DNA of 21,163 nt from Bdellovibrionota bacterium (GCA_044356455.1 JBIKWF010000073.1:1-21163), one strand, 5' to 3'. Numbered from the stretch's first letter, positions 1 through 9,428 are shown. Notes: generated by a model from the sequence alone, not told the origin. Numbers and translations are program-made.

Positions 1-817
1 CCAATTTTTTCTGGGAGAGAGAGGGGCGAAACCTAGGCTCGTAGAAGAAGCTCTGAAAGACCGTCTCGGTCACTTTAAAGTTAATATCATTTCCAATCAT
101 GTCCATGAGCTCAAAGGGTCCCATGCGGAAACTTCCGAGTTCCTTCATGGCCCAATCGATGGTGGCATGGTCGGCGATTCCCTGGTCATAGATGCGCAGG
201 GCCTCGGTGTAAAAAGGTCTGGCGACTCTATTCACAATAAAGCCAGGGGTATCCTTGGTGCGCACCGTCTTCTTACCCCAGCCGCGTATAAGGTGCGTCA
301 CTGATATGAGTGTCTCCTCAGGAGTCCCGACCCACGGGACAACCTCTACCAGCGCCATAAGTGGAGCCGGATTGAAGAAGTGTACGCCGAGCACCCGCTT
401 GGGATGCTGAGTCGCGGTGGCGAGGGCGGTAACGGAAAGGGATGAGGTGTTGGTCGCAATAATACAGCTTTCACTCACAATATGATCAAGCTGCTGGAAG
501 AGGTCTTGCTTGACACTCATATCCTCAAGGATTGCCTCTACCACTAACTTACAGTGCGACAGGCCCCTTAAACCATCAGCGAACGTTATGCGACGCTTTA
601 CTTCCTCTGCTTCTTGAGACGTGAGCGTGCCCTTTTCCACCAGCCGCGCAAAAACCTTGGCTAAATTTGACCGCGCATTTACCAAGGCCTCATTTGTTGA
701 GTCGTAGAGAACGACTTTGTGACCGTGCTGAGCGGCGAGCTGCGCAATGCCGGTTCCCATGGTGCCAGCACCAATAACTCCAATGGTTGATGTTCTATCA
801 AGAACGCTATGCATCAT
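1..817 (-). CDS. paaH: 3-hydroxyacyl-CoA dehydrogenase (PaaH, 3-hydroxyadipyl-CoA dehydrogenase-like); 3' end truncated by window edge
   Basis: Not in the ORF track. Manual translation from ATG 817 gives MMHSVLDRTSTIGVIGAGTMGTGIAQLAAQHGHKV (Rossmann GxGxxG). Near the window edge the same frame reads FRMGPFELMDMIGNDINF..FFYEPRFRPS, typical of this family. It starts 7 nt after the paaG stop. Confidence 0.88.
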   Translation of the reverse strand, partial: MMHSVLDRTSTIGVIGAGTMGTGIAQLAAQHGHKVVLYDSTNEALVNARSNLAKVFARLVEKGTLTSQEAEEVKRRITFADGLRGLSHCKLVVEAILEDMSVKQDLFQQLDHIVSESCIIATNTSSLSVTALATATQHPKRVLGVHFFNPAPLMALVEVVPWVGTPEETLISVTHLIRGWGKKTVRTKDTPGFIVNRVARPFYTEALRIYDQGIADHATIDWAMKELGSFRMGPFELMDMIGNDINFKVTETVFQSFFYEPRFRPSLSQKKL

Positions 818-824
818 GGTGCCT

Positions 825-1622
825 CTACTTGCCTGTAAATACGGGCGCTCTTTTTTCAAAGAAAGCGCTCACACCTTCGATAAAATCCTCAGATTTCCCC
901 GCGAGACTCTGGAGCTCTCTTTCAAGCTCTAGCTGCTCTTCAAGGGAATTAGAGAGCGACGCATTCAGCCCACGTTTCATAAGGCCAAATCCTCTGGTGG
1001 GCTGTGTCGCAAGCTGCACGGCAAGCTTGGTAGCTTCGGTCATCAGCTCGGAGCCTTCGACTACGCGATAAATCAGCCCAAGCTGCTGGGCTTGCTCCGC
1101 GCTCACCTTTTCGGCCAGCATCGTAAGCGCCGTAGCACGCGCCATGCCGACCAAGCGCGGAAGAAAGAAGGAGCCACCGCAATCCGAAATGAGCCCCACC
1201 TTTGAGAACGATTGAATGAAAGAGGCTTCTTTTGCGGCAAGGGTGAGGTCGCACGCAAACGCAAGATTCGCCCCCGCCCCTGCGGCCACGCCATTAACTG
1301 CGCAGACCACCGGCTTCTCAATCGAACGAATGGCTTTTACTACCGGGTTATAACACTCAGCGATGATTCCCCCGAGGTCTGGGATCTTAGGCTTCGCCCC
1401 ACCTACCGGCGCAAACTCTGAAAGATCCTGACCGGCGCAAAAACCCCGCCCCGCCCCCGTGAGAAGAAGAGCTCGGACCGTCTGGTCCTGCTCGGCAGCC
1501 TTGAGGGCCAGAGCAAGCTCCTTCGACATTGGAGCAATAAAACTATTTAACTTGTCAGGACGATTCAGGGTCAGGTGCGCAACCCCCTGTGAAACCTCGT
1601 ACCGGATGTATTCGTAGCCCAT
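825..1622 (-). CDS. paaG: 2-(1,2-epoxy-1,2-dihydrophenyl)acetyl-CoA isomerase (crotonase fold)
   Basis: LTLNRPDKLNSF, GAGRGFCAGQDL, AVNGVAAGAGANLAFACD, FIQSFSKVGLISDCGG; GAGG SD upstream; paa context. Confidence 0.9.
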   Translation of the reverse strand: MGYEYIRYEVSQGVAHLTLNRPDKLNSFIAPMSKELALALKAAEQDQTVRALLLTGAGRGFCAGQDLSEFAPVGGAKPKIPDLGGIIAECYNPVVKAIRSIEKPVVCAVNGVAAGAGANLAFACDLTLAAKEASFIQSFSKVGLISDCGGSFFLPRLVGMARATALTMLAEKVSAEQAQQLGLIYRVVEGSELMTEATKLAVQLATQPTRGFGLMKRGLNASLSNSLEEQLELERELQSLAGKSEDFIEGVSAFFEKRAPVFTGK

Positions 1623-1762
1623 GGTGTTACCTCAGGCGGACTCTTTAGCAGAAAACCGCCCGGACGACCATTAAAGTCGCCCAAATTGCAGCGCCGAAGC
1701 TATCTGACGTAACAATAGTGACCTATTAGCTTTTTTGGTGTAATTCGCAGCCAGGGCCATAA

Positions 1763-1978
1763 TAGGGAATCTCTGAAAAACTTCGTTTTCCCCTCCGCGT
1801 CCTCGGCGTCCTCCGCGTTATTTTCCAATGTATCGCGCACCCGCAATGCTTTGGTTTAACGCGAAGCCGTCTGCGCCTTACGGCTGCGCCGAGCCTGGCT
1901 TAAGTGCGGCCGCGGCGCAGCTTTGGCGGAGCCGGGGACGCGAAGAGCACGAAGGAGGAATTTTTCAGAGGCGCCTTA
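1763..1978. repeat. Composite palindromic element: outer TAGGGAATCTCTGAAAAA/TTTTTCAGAGGCGCCTTA inverted repeats enclosing a 9-bp-periodic hairpin with a further insertion
   Basis: Outer arms 1763-1780 and 1961-1978 resemble those at 6940-7076. The inner left arm CTCCGCG-TC-CTCGGCG-TC-CTCCGCG-TTA (1793-1820) pairs with TAACGCGAAG (1857-1866) and GCCGGGGACGCGAAG (1931-1945). Confidence 0.75.
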
Positions 1979-2032
1979 GCTGCCCGGTTGTTGTTAAAGG
2001 CAGGTAAATCTTAAAACAGAGGCTTACTCCGC

Positions 2033-4120
2033 ATGGCACGCTCTTCTAATGACTGCGCTTCTGATGACCGTGATTGGAAGCGAATCTCATATCTCTCACT
2101 CGTCTCCCGCACGATTGACCAGCTGGAAGAAACGAAACTCGTCCCCGAAAAGAAGGTGCTCTATCAGTTCTCCGCGCGAGGGCATGAAGTCTCTCAGTGC
2201 ATTCTTTCTAGCTTTCTCACCCACAAGCACGATGCGGTGGGCGCTTACTATCGCTCTCGGCCAATTCTTCTCTCACTCGGGCTTAGTCTTGAGGACGCCA
2301 TAGCTGCTCCGATGGCTAAATCAGGAGGTTTTAGCGACGGACGTGACATCGGTGTTGTATGCAACTTGCCATCCAAGAATGGGCCTGTCGTTATACCTAT
2401 GTCGGGAGATGTAGGCTCGCAATTTACGCCTGCGGTCGGCTGGGCACAGGCCATCACGTACCGACTTGGCACTCTTAAAGATGAGAGTTATCGCGGCGCA
2501 ATTGCAGTCGCTCATACCGGAGACGGCGGAATTGCAACCAATGGATTCTGGGCCGCACTCACCATAGCAACAACCCTCAAACTTCCGATGCTTTTCTTTC
2601 TTGAGGATAATGGCTTCGGCATCTCAGTTCCGGGCGTTCGCCAGACTCCGGGCGGAAATATTGCTGAGAACCTCGCCTCGTTTAAGAACCTCTTTATTGT
2701 TCAAAGCGATGGCACCGATCCTAAAGATGCGGCTTCTGCCGCCGAAAAGGCAGTTGCGCATGTGCGGGCCGGTAACGGCCCCGCACTTCTTCGCGCGTCA
2801 GTGCCAAGACTCTCGGGGCATTCTGGTCAGGACACGCAAGCGTACAAGAGTAAGGAACAAATCGAATCAGAGCGAGCACGCGATCCACTTCCTAAGCTGA
2901 AATCTTTTATGGCTTCCCAGGGGCTCAGCGACGGTGGATGGAGCGCTCTTGAGAAGCAAGCTCACGATGACGTTGCCGCATCTCTTGAGAAAGCCTTGGC
3001 GCGCCCTGAGCCCAAGACCGCAACTATCCATCGGCATGTCTACTCTGAAACCCTGCCGAGCGGAGCTCCCGACCTTCAGCAAAGGGGTGGCCTGCTAACC
3101 GAAGGGCACAAGTTCCCTGACGCGACCGATACGCCAAATCCAGAACCGCAGCGCATTAATATGATCACGGCGATTCGGCGAACCCTTGAGAATGAACTTA
3201 AAATTAATCCTAAGGTACTCGTGTTTGGTGAGGACGTTGGCCCCAAGGGCGGAGTACATGCCGCAACCCTCGGGCTCCAAGAAACGTTTGGGGAAGCAAG
3301 AGTCTTCGACACGTCTCTTTCCGAAGAGGGAATTATAGGGCGCGCAGTTGGCATGGCGCTGAGTGGCCTCATGCCAGTCGCGGAGATCCAGTTTCGAAAG
3401 TATGCCGACCCCGCAACTGAACAACTTAATAACTGCGGCACCATACGCTGGCGCACCAACAACAGGTTCGCAGCTCCGATTGTGGTGAGAATGCCTGGCG
3501 GTTTCTTTAAATGCGGCGATCCTTGGCACTCGGTGAGCAGCGAGGTTCTTTGGGCCCACGCCATTGGCTGGCAAGTCTGCATTCCCTCAAATGCCGAAGA
3601 TGCCGTAGGACTTTTGCGTGCGGCTATGCGCAGCAATAACCCCACCATCTTCTTTGAACATCGCCATATGCTCGATACGCCCTGGGCGAGACGCCCCTAC
3701 CCTGGAGACAACTATGTACTCCCGATGGGGAAAGCGAAGCTGCACCAAGAAGGCACCCAGCTAAGCTGCATAACATGGGGCGCCATGGTTGAACGCTGCG
3801 AAGAAGCGGCGACGGCTTCTGGCCTCTCGGTTGATATTCTTGATTTAAGAACCATCATGCCGTGGGATAAGGAAGCGGTGCTGGCTTCAGTTAAGAAAAC
3901 TCGCCGCTGCTTAATCGTTCATGAAGACGGCCTTACTGCGGGTTTTGGTGCAGAAGTGGCAGCTACGGTGGCTGCGGAGTCATTCTTTAATCTAGATGCG
4001 CCCGTGCAGCGGGTAGCGGTTCCCGATCTTCCCATCCCCCACAATGTGGCACTGATGGAAGCGGTAGTTCCCAGTGTAGAAGTTATCTCCCAGGCCATGA
4101 TTTCGCTCTCAGAGGTATAA
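2033..4120 (+). CDS. 2-oxoacid dehydrogenase E1, fused alpha/beta subunits (branched-chain/aromatic type, TPP-dependent)
   Basis: Alpha part: YQFSARGHE, TPP motif GDGG...EDN, RLSGHSGQD loop. Beta part: VFGEDVGPKGGV, FDTSLSEEGIIG, AEIQF, FFEH, DLRTIMPWD, IVHED. 695 aa. Confidence 0.9.
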   Translation: MARSSNDCASDDRDWKRISYLSLVSRTIDQLEETKLVPEKKVLYQFSARGHEVSQCILSSFLTHKHDAVGAYYRSRPILLSLGLSLEDAIAAPMAKSGGFSDGRDIGVVCNLPSKNGPVVIPMSGDVGSQFTPAVGWAQAITYRLGTLKDESYRGAIAVAHTGDGGIATNGFWAALTIATTLKLPMLFFLEDNGFGISVPGVRQTPGGNIAENLASFKNLFIVQSDGTDPKDAASAAEKAVAHVRAGNGPALLRASVPRLSGHSGQDTQAYKSKEQIESERARDPLPKLKSFMASQGLSDGGWSALEKQAHDDVAASLEKALARPEPKTATIHRHVYSETLPSGAPDLQQRGGLLTEGHKFPDATDTPNPEPQRINMITAIRRTLENELKINPKVLVFGEDVGPKGGVHAATLGLQETFGEARVFDTSLSEEGIIGRAVGMALSGLMPVAEIQFRKYADPATEQLNNCGTIRWRTNNRFAAPIVVRMPGGFFKCGDPWHSVSSEVLWAHAIGWQVCIPSNAEDAVGLLRAAMRSNNPTIFFEHRHMLDTPWARRPYPGDNYVLPMGKAKLHQEGTQLSCITWGAMVERCEEAATASGLSVDILDLRTIMPWDKEAVLASVKKTRRCLIVHEDGLTAGFGAEVAATVAAESFFNLDAPVQRVAVPDLPIPHNVALMEAVVPSVEVISQAMISLSEV

Positions 4121-4123
4121 GTT

Positions 4124-5362
4124 ATGACTATAGCTTCCGCTCCCATAACCTTCTCCGCAGAACAACAAGAGGGGACTCAGTCGATTATCTCTCAGTGGTT
4201 CAAAAAAATTGGCGACCGAGTCAAGGAGAACGAACCTCTTGTTGAGGTGAGTACCGATAAAGTGAACGTTGAGATCGCCTCACCGGCCAGTGGGGTTCTC
4301 ACTGAAATTCTAAAAAAAGACGGCGACCAGCTTGCTCCCGGCGAAGTACTAGGAACTATCTCCCTTGGAGAGGCGGCTACCACAGGAGCTGCCGCAGGAG
4401 CCAAACCGGCCACCAGCGCGCCGCGAGCTGAAGCAGCCTCAAGCACCTCCGCTTCTGCCCCCTCCTCTGCCTCGCAGGATCTAAGTCCCGCCGTAAGAAA
4501 GCTTCTCAAGGAACACAATTTGCAGGCATCCCAGATAACGGGAACGGGCAAAGGCGGACGAATTACCCACGAAGATGTGAGCGCTTTTCTCGCTTCACGC
4601 ACCTCAGGGACAGAAAGCTCAAACTCAGCCTCTACGGCAACTGCTCTCGCCAGCAGAAAAGTCCCTCACACGCCCATGCGCAAACAAATCGCTCACCATA
4701 TGAGCGAAAGCTTGATGCGCGTCGCTCCACACGTTACTTCGATCTTCGAATGTGATTTGTCTTCTGTTATGGCGCACCGAGATGCCCACAAAGTTGAATT
4801 TGAGAAGAAGGGAGTTCGGCTCACCTTTACGAGCTATTTTGTCGTAGCAACCGCAAAAGCTCTTCAGGCTGTTCCTGAAGTAAACAGTCGCTTTCATGAA
4901 GATGCACTTGAGATTTTTGATGACTGCAATATCGGAGTCGCAGTCGCCCTGGAGCCCGGTAAGCACAGCGACTCAGGACTTATTGTCCCGGTGATTCATC
5001 ACGCGCAAAAGCGTTCGCTCTTTGAAGTTGCCGCCGAGCTGCAGCAGCTCACCGAGAAAGCAAAAGCCGGGACCATCGCAGGAGCGGACGTGAAAGGTGG
5101 AACTTTTACCATCTCCAATCACGGAGTCAGCGGTAGCCTTGTCGCCGCGCCCATCATCATCAATCAACCCCAATCAGCGATTCTTGGCATTGGAAAACTG
5201 GAGAAGCGGCCTGCCGTGGTAACAGAAAACGGCAAGGACACCATCCAGATTCGTCCTCGGATGTACGTAACCCTGACCCTCGATCACCGCGTTTTGGATG
5301 GGTTTAAAGCCAATGCCTTCCTCAGCACCTTTGTTGAAACACTTGAAGGGCAGTGGGTGTAA
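4124..5362 (+). CDS. Dihydrolipoamide acyltransferase (E2) of a 2-oxoacid dehydrogenase complex
   Basis: Lipoyl domain EVSTDKVNVEI, Ala/Ser-rich linker, peripheral-subunit-binding domain LSPAVRKL..GTGKGGRITHEDV, GGTFTISN, catalytic DHRVLDG. Starts 3 nt after the E1 stop. Confidence 0.93.
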   Translation: MTIASAPITFSAEQQEGTQSIISQWFKKIGDRVKENEPLVEVSTDKVNVEIASPASGVLTEILKKDGDQLAPGEVLGTISLGEAATTGAAAGAKPATSAPRAEAASSTSASAPSSASQDLSPAVRKLLKEHNLQASQITGTGKGGRITHEDVSAFLASRTSGTESSNSASTATALASRKVPHTPMRKQIAHHMSESLMRVAPHVTSIFECDLSSVMAHRDAHKVEFEKKGVRLTFTSYFVVATAKALQAVPEVNSRFHEDALEIFDDCNIGVAVALEPGKHSDSGLIVPVIHHAQKRSLFEVAAELQQLTEKAKAGTIAGADVKGGTFTISNHGVSGSLVAAPIIINQPQSAILGIGKLEKRPAVVTENGKDTIQIRPRMYVTLTLDHRVLDGFKANAFLSTFVETLEGQWV

Positions 5363-5369
5363 GGGAGGC

Positions 5370-5600
5370 TGGGCGCCCTGTTCCTCCTCTGCCAGGAGAT
5401 CTTGCGGCACCGCGGGGACGCGGCGCCCTACCCAGATACCAAACCACCAGGTAGGGCGCGCTGTCCCAGCGTGCCGAAAGATCCCGCGTCTCATTCTGAA
5501 TGGTTTCGACTTGCCGCCACTGGGCGAGTTGAAAGATCACGCGGCGCCCTGGGGACAGGACGCCCCACCAGGATGCCTCGCCTATGGGTAGGGCGCGCCG
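5370..5600. repeat. Cluster of GTAG-type REP palindromes (REPIN-like doublets)
   Basis: Arms at 5405-5431 (reverse; exact reverse complement of 7077-7103), 5451-5476 (forward) and 5542-5568 (reverse). Partial arms near 5370 and at 5588-5600. Confidence 0.85.
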
Positions 5601-5728
5601 AATCAAATGCTGGGCAGAATTAAACAATCGCGCCAAGCGCCTATAGCCTGCGCCCTTCTCAAGGTCCCACCTTGAACTCCGCCGCTAATTGGCGGAAAGT
5701 CTCGGGGTATCTATGGAGACCACGTTAC

Positions 5729-6943
5729 ATGGCCAAGATTAAGGTTAAGACCCCCCTCGTAGAACTAGACGGCGATGAAATGACAAGAATCATCTGGGAG
5801 ATGATTCGAACGCGTCTGATCCTGCCGTACCTCGACGTTGACCTTAAGTACTACGATCTTTCGATCGAAAACCGAGACGCTACCGGTGACAAGGTCACCG
5901 TAGAATCAGCAGAGGCCATCAAAAAATATGGCGTGGGCGTTAAGTGCGCCACCATCACTCCAGACGAAGCGCGGGTTAAGGAATTTAATCTTAAGCAGAT
6001 GTGGAAGTCGCCCAATGGCACTATCCGCAATATTCTTAACGGCACCGTGTTCCGCGAGCCCATCCTCTGCAGCAACGTTCCGCGGCTTGTCACCACCTGG
6101 ACTAAACCCATTGTCATTGGCCGCCACGCCTACGGCGACCAGTACCGCGCGACTGATTTTAAGGTACCAAGCGCTGGAAAAGTCACGATTACCTTTCAGC
6201 CGAATGATCCCTCACAAAAGAGCATATCCCACGAAGTCTTCGCCTTTCCGGGCGCTGGAATTGCGCTTGCGATGTACAATCTTGATGAATCAATTGTGAG
6301 CTTTGCGCGTAGTTCTCTCAACTACGGACTCTCCAAGCGCATGCCTGTATATCTTTCTACGAAGAATACCATTCTTAAGGTCTACGACGGCCGCTTTAAG
6401 GACATCTTCCAAGAGGTATACGACCGGGAGTTTAAGACGCGCTACGAAGCCGCAGGCATTACCTATGAGCACCGCTTGATTGACGACATGGTTGCAACTG
6501 CCATGAAATCAGACGGTGGATTCGTTTGGGCCTGTAAGAACTATGACGGAGACGTGCAGTCCGACAGCGTAGCCCAAGGCTACGGGTCTCTAGGACTCAT
6601 GACCTCAGTGCTCATGACTGAAGACGGAAAAACCATCGAAGCAGAGGCCGCTCACGGCACCGTTACCCGCCATTACCGCGAGCATCAAAAAGGCAAGGAA
6701 ACTTCGACCAATCCAGTAGCATCCATTTTTGCCTGGACGCGTGGGCTTATCTACCGCGGTCGGTTCGACAATACGCCTGAGGTTATCGCCTTCGCTGAAA
6801 AGCTTGAAGCGACCTGCATCAAGACGATTGAGTCAGGAAAGATGACGAAAGACCTTGCGATGTGCGTTCATGGCGCAAAGACCGAGAGAAAACATTATCT
6901 CTCCACCAAAGAGTTCTTCGATGCTCTGGTAGAAAATCTCTAG
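5729..6943 (+). CDS. icd: NADP-dependent isocitrate dehydrogenase (type II, homodimeric)
   Basis: [52 protein letters not shown]. Start moved to ATG 5729 (MAKIKV), with GGAG at 5715-5718. Confidence 0.96.
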   Translation: MAKIKVKTPLVELDGDEMTRIIWEMIRTRLILPYLDVDLKYYDLSIENRDATGDKVTVESAEAIKKYGVGVKCATITPDEARVKEFNLKQMWKSPNGTIRNILNGTVFREPILCSNVPRLVTTWTKPIVIGRHAYGDQYRATDFKVPSAGKVTITFQPNDPSQKSISHEVFAFPGAGIALAMYNLDESIVSFARSSLNYGLSKRMPVYLSTKNTILKVYDGRFKDIFQEVYDREFKTRYEAAGITYEHRLIDDMVATAMKSDGGFVWACKNYDGDVQSDSVAQGYGSLGLMTSVLMTEDGKTIEAEAAHGTVTRHYREHQKGKETSTNPVASIFAWTRGLIYRGRFDNTPEVIAFAEKLEATCIKTIESGKMTKDLAMCVHGAKTERKHYLSTKEFFDALVENL

Positions 6944-7076
6944 GGAACCTCTGAAAAACATCGCTATTTTCTTTTTTCTCTCAGTGAGCTCTGTGTCCTC
7001 TGTGGTTTTTCAACAATTTAAATCAACCACAGAGAGCACAGAGTTCACAGAGCGGACGTTTTCAGAGATTCCCTAG
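6940..7076. repeat. Composite palindromic element (about 135 bp, MITE-like) with inner CTCTGTG/CACAGAG hairpin
   Basis: 18-bp terminal inverted repeats CTAGGGAACCTCTGAAAA / TTTTCAGAGATTCCCTAG (1 mismatch). Inner arms CTCAGTGAGCTCTGTGTCCTCTGTGGTT / AACCACAGAGAGCACAGAGTTCACAGAG. Clearly homologous to 13881-14016. Confidence 0.88.
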
Positions 7077-7195
7077 GTAGGGCGCCGCGTCCCCGCGGTG
7101 CCGCATGATCTTTGAACCCACCCCATGGTGGCAAATTGAAATCGGATTAGCATAGGCGAAAGAACATACGGCGCCCTAGGGACAGGGCGCCCTAC
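7077..7195. repeat. GTAG-type REP doublet (REPIN-like)
   Basis: GTAGGGCGCCGCGTCCCCGCGGTGCCG at 7077-7103 and inverted CGGCGCCCTAGGGACAGGGCGCCCTAC at 7169-7195. Confidence 0.88.
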
Positions 7196-7196
7196 C

Positions 7197-8162
7197 CTAG
7201 GCCGCGACATCGAGTCGACCGGCCGGCCTCTGAGCCAAGGTCTGCACGAGACCAGCTCCCGTTACCGTCGAGGCGCGAACGATGGCCTGTTCAATGGTAC
7301 CAATAAGCTCAAGATGCGCGAGAATATCCCGAGCATGCTGATAGCGGCGCTCTGGATTGCGATGCATGGCTTTTATTGAAAGTTCACTGAGAGAACGCGG
7401 CAACCCCGCCCGCACTTCACGCGGCGCCACAGGATCGAACCGTACCCGGCGAACAAGCGTATCAACTAAACTGTCGCCGCTAAAAGGAGCTCTCCCTGTC
7501 ATCAGCTCATAGGCAATCACGCCCAGTGCATAGATATCGGACCGCTCATCAAAAAAGCCATCCGCGATGTATTCAGGGCTGAGATAGTTCACTGTTCCTG
7601 CGAGCGCTTCCGCCTTCATTGAAGACACGCTCGCCGGGGCCGAAGAAATACCAAAGTCGGTTATCTTTACGGTACCGTCAGGAGTAAGGAGAATGTTCTC
7701 GGGTTTCAAATCGCGGTGAATAATCCCCGCCTCGTGAATCGCAACAAGCCCAGCCGTCACTTGGCGAAGAATATGAACAACTGCATCAACAGAGAGTTCT
7801 TTCTTTGACTCAAGAATATCAGCCAGCGTTCCTCCACTCACATACTCCATGGAGAACGCAACGAAACTTTCGTCCGAGAAGAACTCATAGGAGCGAACCA
7901 CATTGGGGTGGCGAAGCTTGAGACTAAGGGCGACTTCCTGGTGAAAAAGCTCACTCTGCTTGGCTTCACAGAGCGCCTGGTGAGAAAAGATTTTAAGCGC
8001 GCAGAAACTATCGTCTTCGTGAGACCGGCAAAGATATACTCCCCCGGTCTCTCCGGCGCTAAGGCAACGCACGAGCTCGAACTTCTTAAAGAGCGTCGTT
8101 CCGGGAAGTACATTTTCAAAGAACTGAAGATTCACAACTACATTCCTTTGGGGACAGCTCAC
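7197..8162 (-). CDS. Hanks-type serine/threonine protein kinase, catalytic domain only
   Basis: ALK, HPNVV, MEYVSG, HRDLKPEN, DFG, GTVNYLSPE, SDIYALG. Degenerate Gly loop (LSAGETGGVY). No TM or sensor domain seen; exact start uncertain. Confidence 0.92.
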   Translation of the reverse strand: MSCPQRNVVVNLQFFENVLPGTTLFKKFELVRCLSAGETGGVYLCRSHEDDSFCALKIFSHQALCEAKQSELFHQEVALSLKLRHPNVVRSYEFFSDESFVAFSMEYVSGGTLADILESKKELSVDAVVHILRQVTAGLVAIHEAGIIHRDLKPENILLTPDGTVKITDFGISSAPASVSSMKAEALAGTVNYLSPEYIADGFFDERSDIYALGVIAYELMTGRAPFSGDSLVDTLVRRVRFDPVAPREVRAGLPRSLSELSIKAMHRNPERRYQHARDILAHLELIGTIEQAIVRASTVTGAGLVQTLAQRPAGRLDVAA

Positions 8163-8190
8163 AATGAACGTCCACCCCCAGATCCGCCTT

Positions 8191-8218
8191 AGCCTATGGT
8201 TTGCTCCAGAATAGTCAA
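8191..8218 (-). promoter_or_regulatory. Putative sigma70-type promoter for the kinase gene
   Basis: Minus strand TTGACT-N16-TAGGCT, ending about 28 nt before the GTG at 8162. Confidence 0.4.
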
Positions 8219-8263
8219 AAATACTCCCCGAAAATGCCGCAACTATCTGAACTTGCTACACTT

Positions 8264-8315
8264 CCCCTTGGTGGTCTTAGTGGTTGATGCAATGAAAAAC
8301 AACCACTAAGGGGAG
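8264..8315. repeat. Short AACCAC-family hairpin
   Basis: CTTGGTG-GT-CTTAGTGGTTG (8267-8286) pairs with CAACCACTAAG (8300-8310); same motif as 15755-15785 and 14013-14059. Confidence 0.75.
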
Positions 8316-8364
8316 GTCCTCTCCATTCCCGCCGCTCCCAATCTGTCGTAGACATAACCGCACT

Positions 8365-9342
8365 ATGAGATCCCGCGTTGCGATCGTAAATTCATCAAGC
8401 TTTGGAAGAACCTTCCCTGAACACCTCGCAGCCCTCGAGTCTTTTGCGGAAGTAAGCAGGGTTGAAATTGCACGCGGAGCTGGGGAGAAGGAGGTCGTCA
8501 GCGCGCTGAGTAATTTTCAGGGCCTGATCTTAGGGGTAACCCCCCGACTCTCCAAAGGGGTGCTTGAACAACTCCCTTCCCTCAAACTACTCGCAAGACA
8601 CGGCATCGGAGTTGATTCGATAGACTTGGATGCTGCGCGCACATGCAACATTCTCGTAACACGCATCCCTGGAATCCTCGAGCAAACTGCAGTTGCAGAA
8701 CACACGATAGCCCTTCTACTCGCCCTCATGCGGAAAATCCCCGCGGCGCACCTGGCCGCAAGGCAAGGTGCATGGAGTTCTCGTGCTGATTTCGTGGGCT
8801 GTGAGCTTAAAGGCAAACCGGTAGGCGTAATTGGCCTCGGTAATACGGGGAGCCGAATCGCCGCAATTCTCAAAAATGGCTTTGGCGCCGAAGTGACGGC
8901 TGCTGACCCTTACCTATGGCCGGAAGTTGCCAAATCGCTGGATATCCCGCTGGTGGAGAGAGCTACTCTCTTTCGCTCCTGTGAAGTAATTATTCTCTGC
9001 GTCAATCTCTCTGACGAAACTCGGCAGATGATTGGAAGCACTCAAATTGATGCGATGAAAGAGGGCGCCCTGCTTATTAATGCCGCTCGCGGAGAACTGG
9101 TGGATGAAGCAGCGGTGCTCGCAGGCCTGGCTTCAGGAAAGCTGGCGGGCTATGCAACGGATGTACTCTCAGAGGAACCTCCATCCCCTACGCATCCCTT
9201 TCTCTCGCATCCTAAGGTTATTCTCACCCCACACCTTGGCGCCTACACAAAGGAATCACTGCACGCCATGGGCACGACCCTAGTTGAGCAAGTTCGAACA
9301 GTACTTGCCGAAGGTGGGGAACCGATTGGTCTGGTTCGTTAG
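8365..9342 (+). CDS. D-isomer-specific 2-hydroxyacid dehydrogenase (phosphoglycerate dehydrogenase-like, no ACT domain)
   Basis: ARHGIGVDSID, AVAEHT, GVIGLGNTG, LINAARGELVDE, DVLSEEP, TPHLGA (Arg/Glu/His catalytic set). Confidence 0.9.
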   Translation: MRSRVAIVNSSSFGRTFPEHLAALESFAEVSRVEIARGAGEKEVVSALSNFQGLILGVTPRLSKGVLEQLPSLKLLARHGIGVDSIDLDAARTCNILVTRIPGILEQTAVAEHTIALLLALMRKIPAAHLAARQGAWSSRADFVGCELKGKPVGVIGLGNTGSRIAAILKNGFGAEVTAADPYLWPEVAKSLDIPLVERATLFRSCEVIILCVNLSDETRQMIGSTQIDAMKEGALLINAARGELVDEAAVLAGLASGKLAGYATDVLSEEPPSPTHPFLSHPKVILTPHLGAYTKESLHAMGTTLVEQVRTVLAEGGEPIGLVR

Positions 9343-9428
9343 GAAACGCATTCCTCGGGTATCTTTGAAAACTGCTCGTTCCCTTTGGAGTTTTTCCCCG
9401 CAAGGTCTCTGAGAATCTGGGAAGAGAG

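Noticed and set aside
5370..5600. Repeat-spacer-like pattern suggesting a CRISPR array
   Set aside because: Repeats alternate in orientation, vary in sequence, have irregular spacing and are dispersed across the window. No cas genes are present. The pattern fits REPs.
5174..5636. Several short ORFs over the E2 end and REP cluster (also 9224-9700, 9434-9616, 17342-17765)
   Set aside because: They are translations of GC-rich palindromes (recurring VGRAVP-type peptides) with no other coding evidence.
5659..5696. Two small hairpins upstream of icd (TCAAGG/CCTTGA and TCCGCC/GGCGGA)
   Set aside because: 6-bp stems are expected by chance and no function can be assigned.
5672..5728. N-terminal extension of icd from TTG 5672
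   Set aside because: Family similarity begins at MAKIKV (5729), which has an SD.
4124..5729. E2 as sucB of a TCA cluster with icd
   Set aside because: The partner E1 is the alpha/beta type, not the SucA type, so a 2-oxoglutarate dehydrogenase assignment is not supported.
5729..8162. Kinase as a regulator of the neighbouring IDH or E1
   Set aside because: Known IDH kinase (AceK) and PDH/BCKDH kinases belong to other families. Only adjacency supports the idea, and the genes are convergent.
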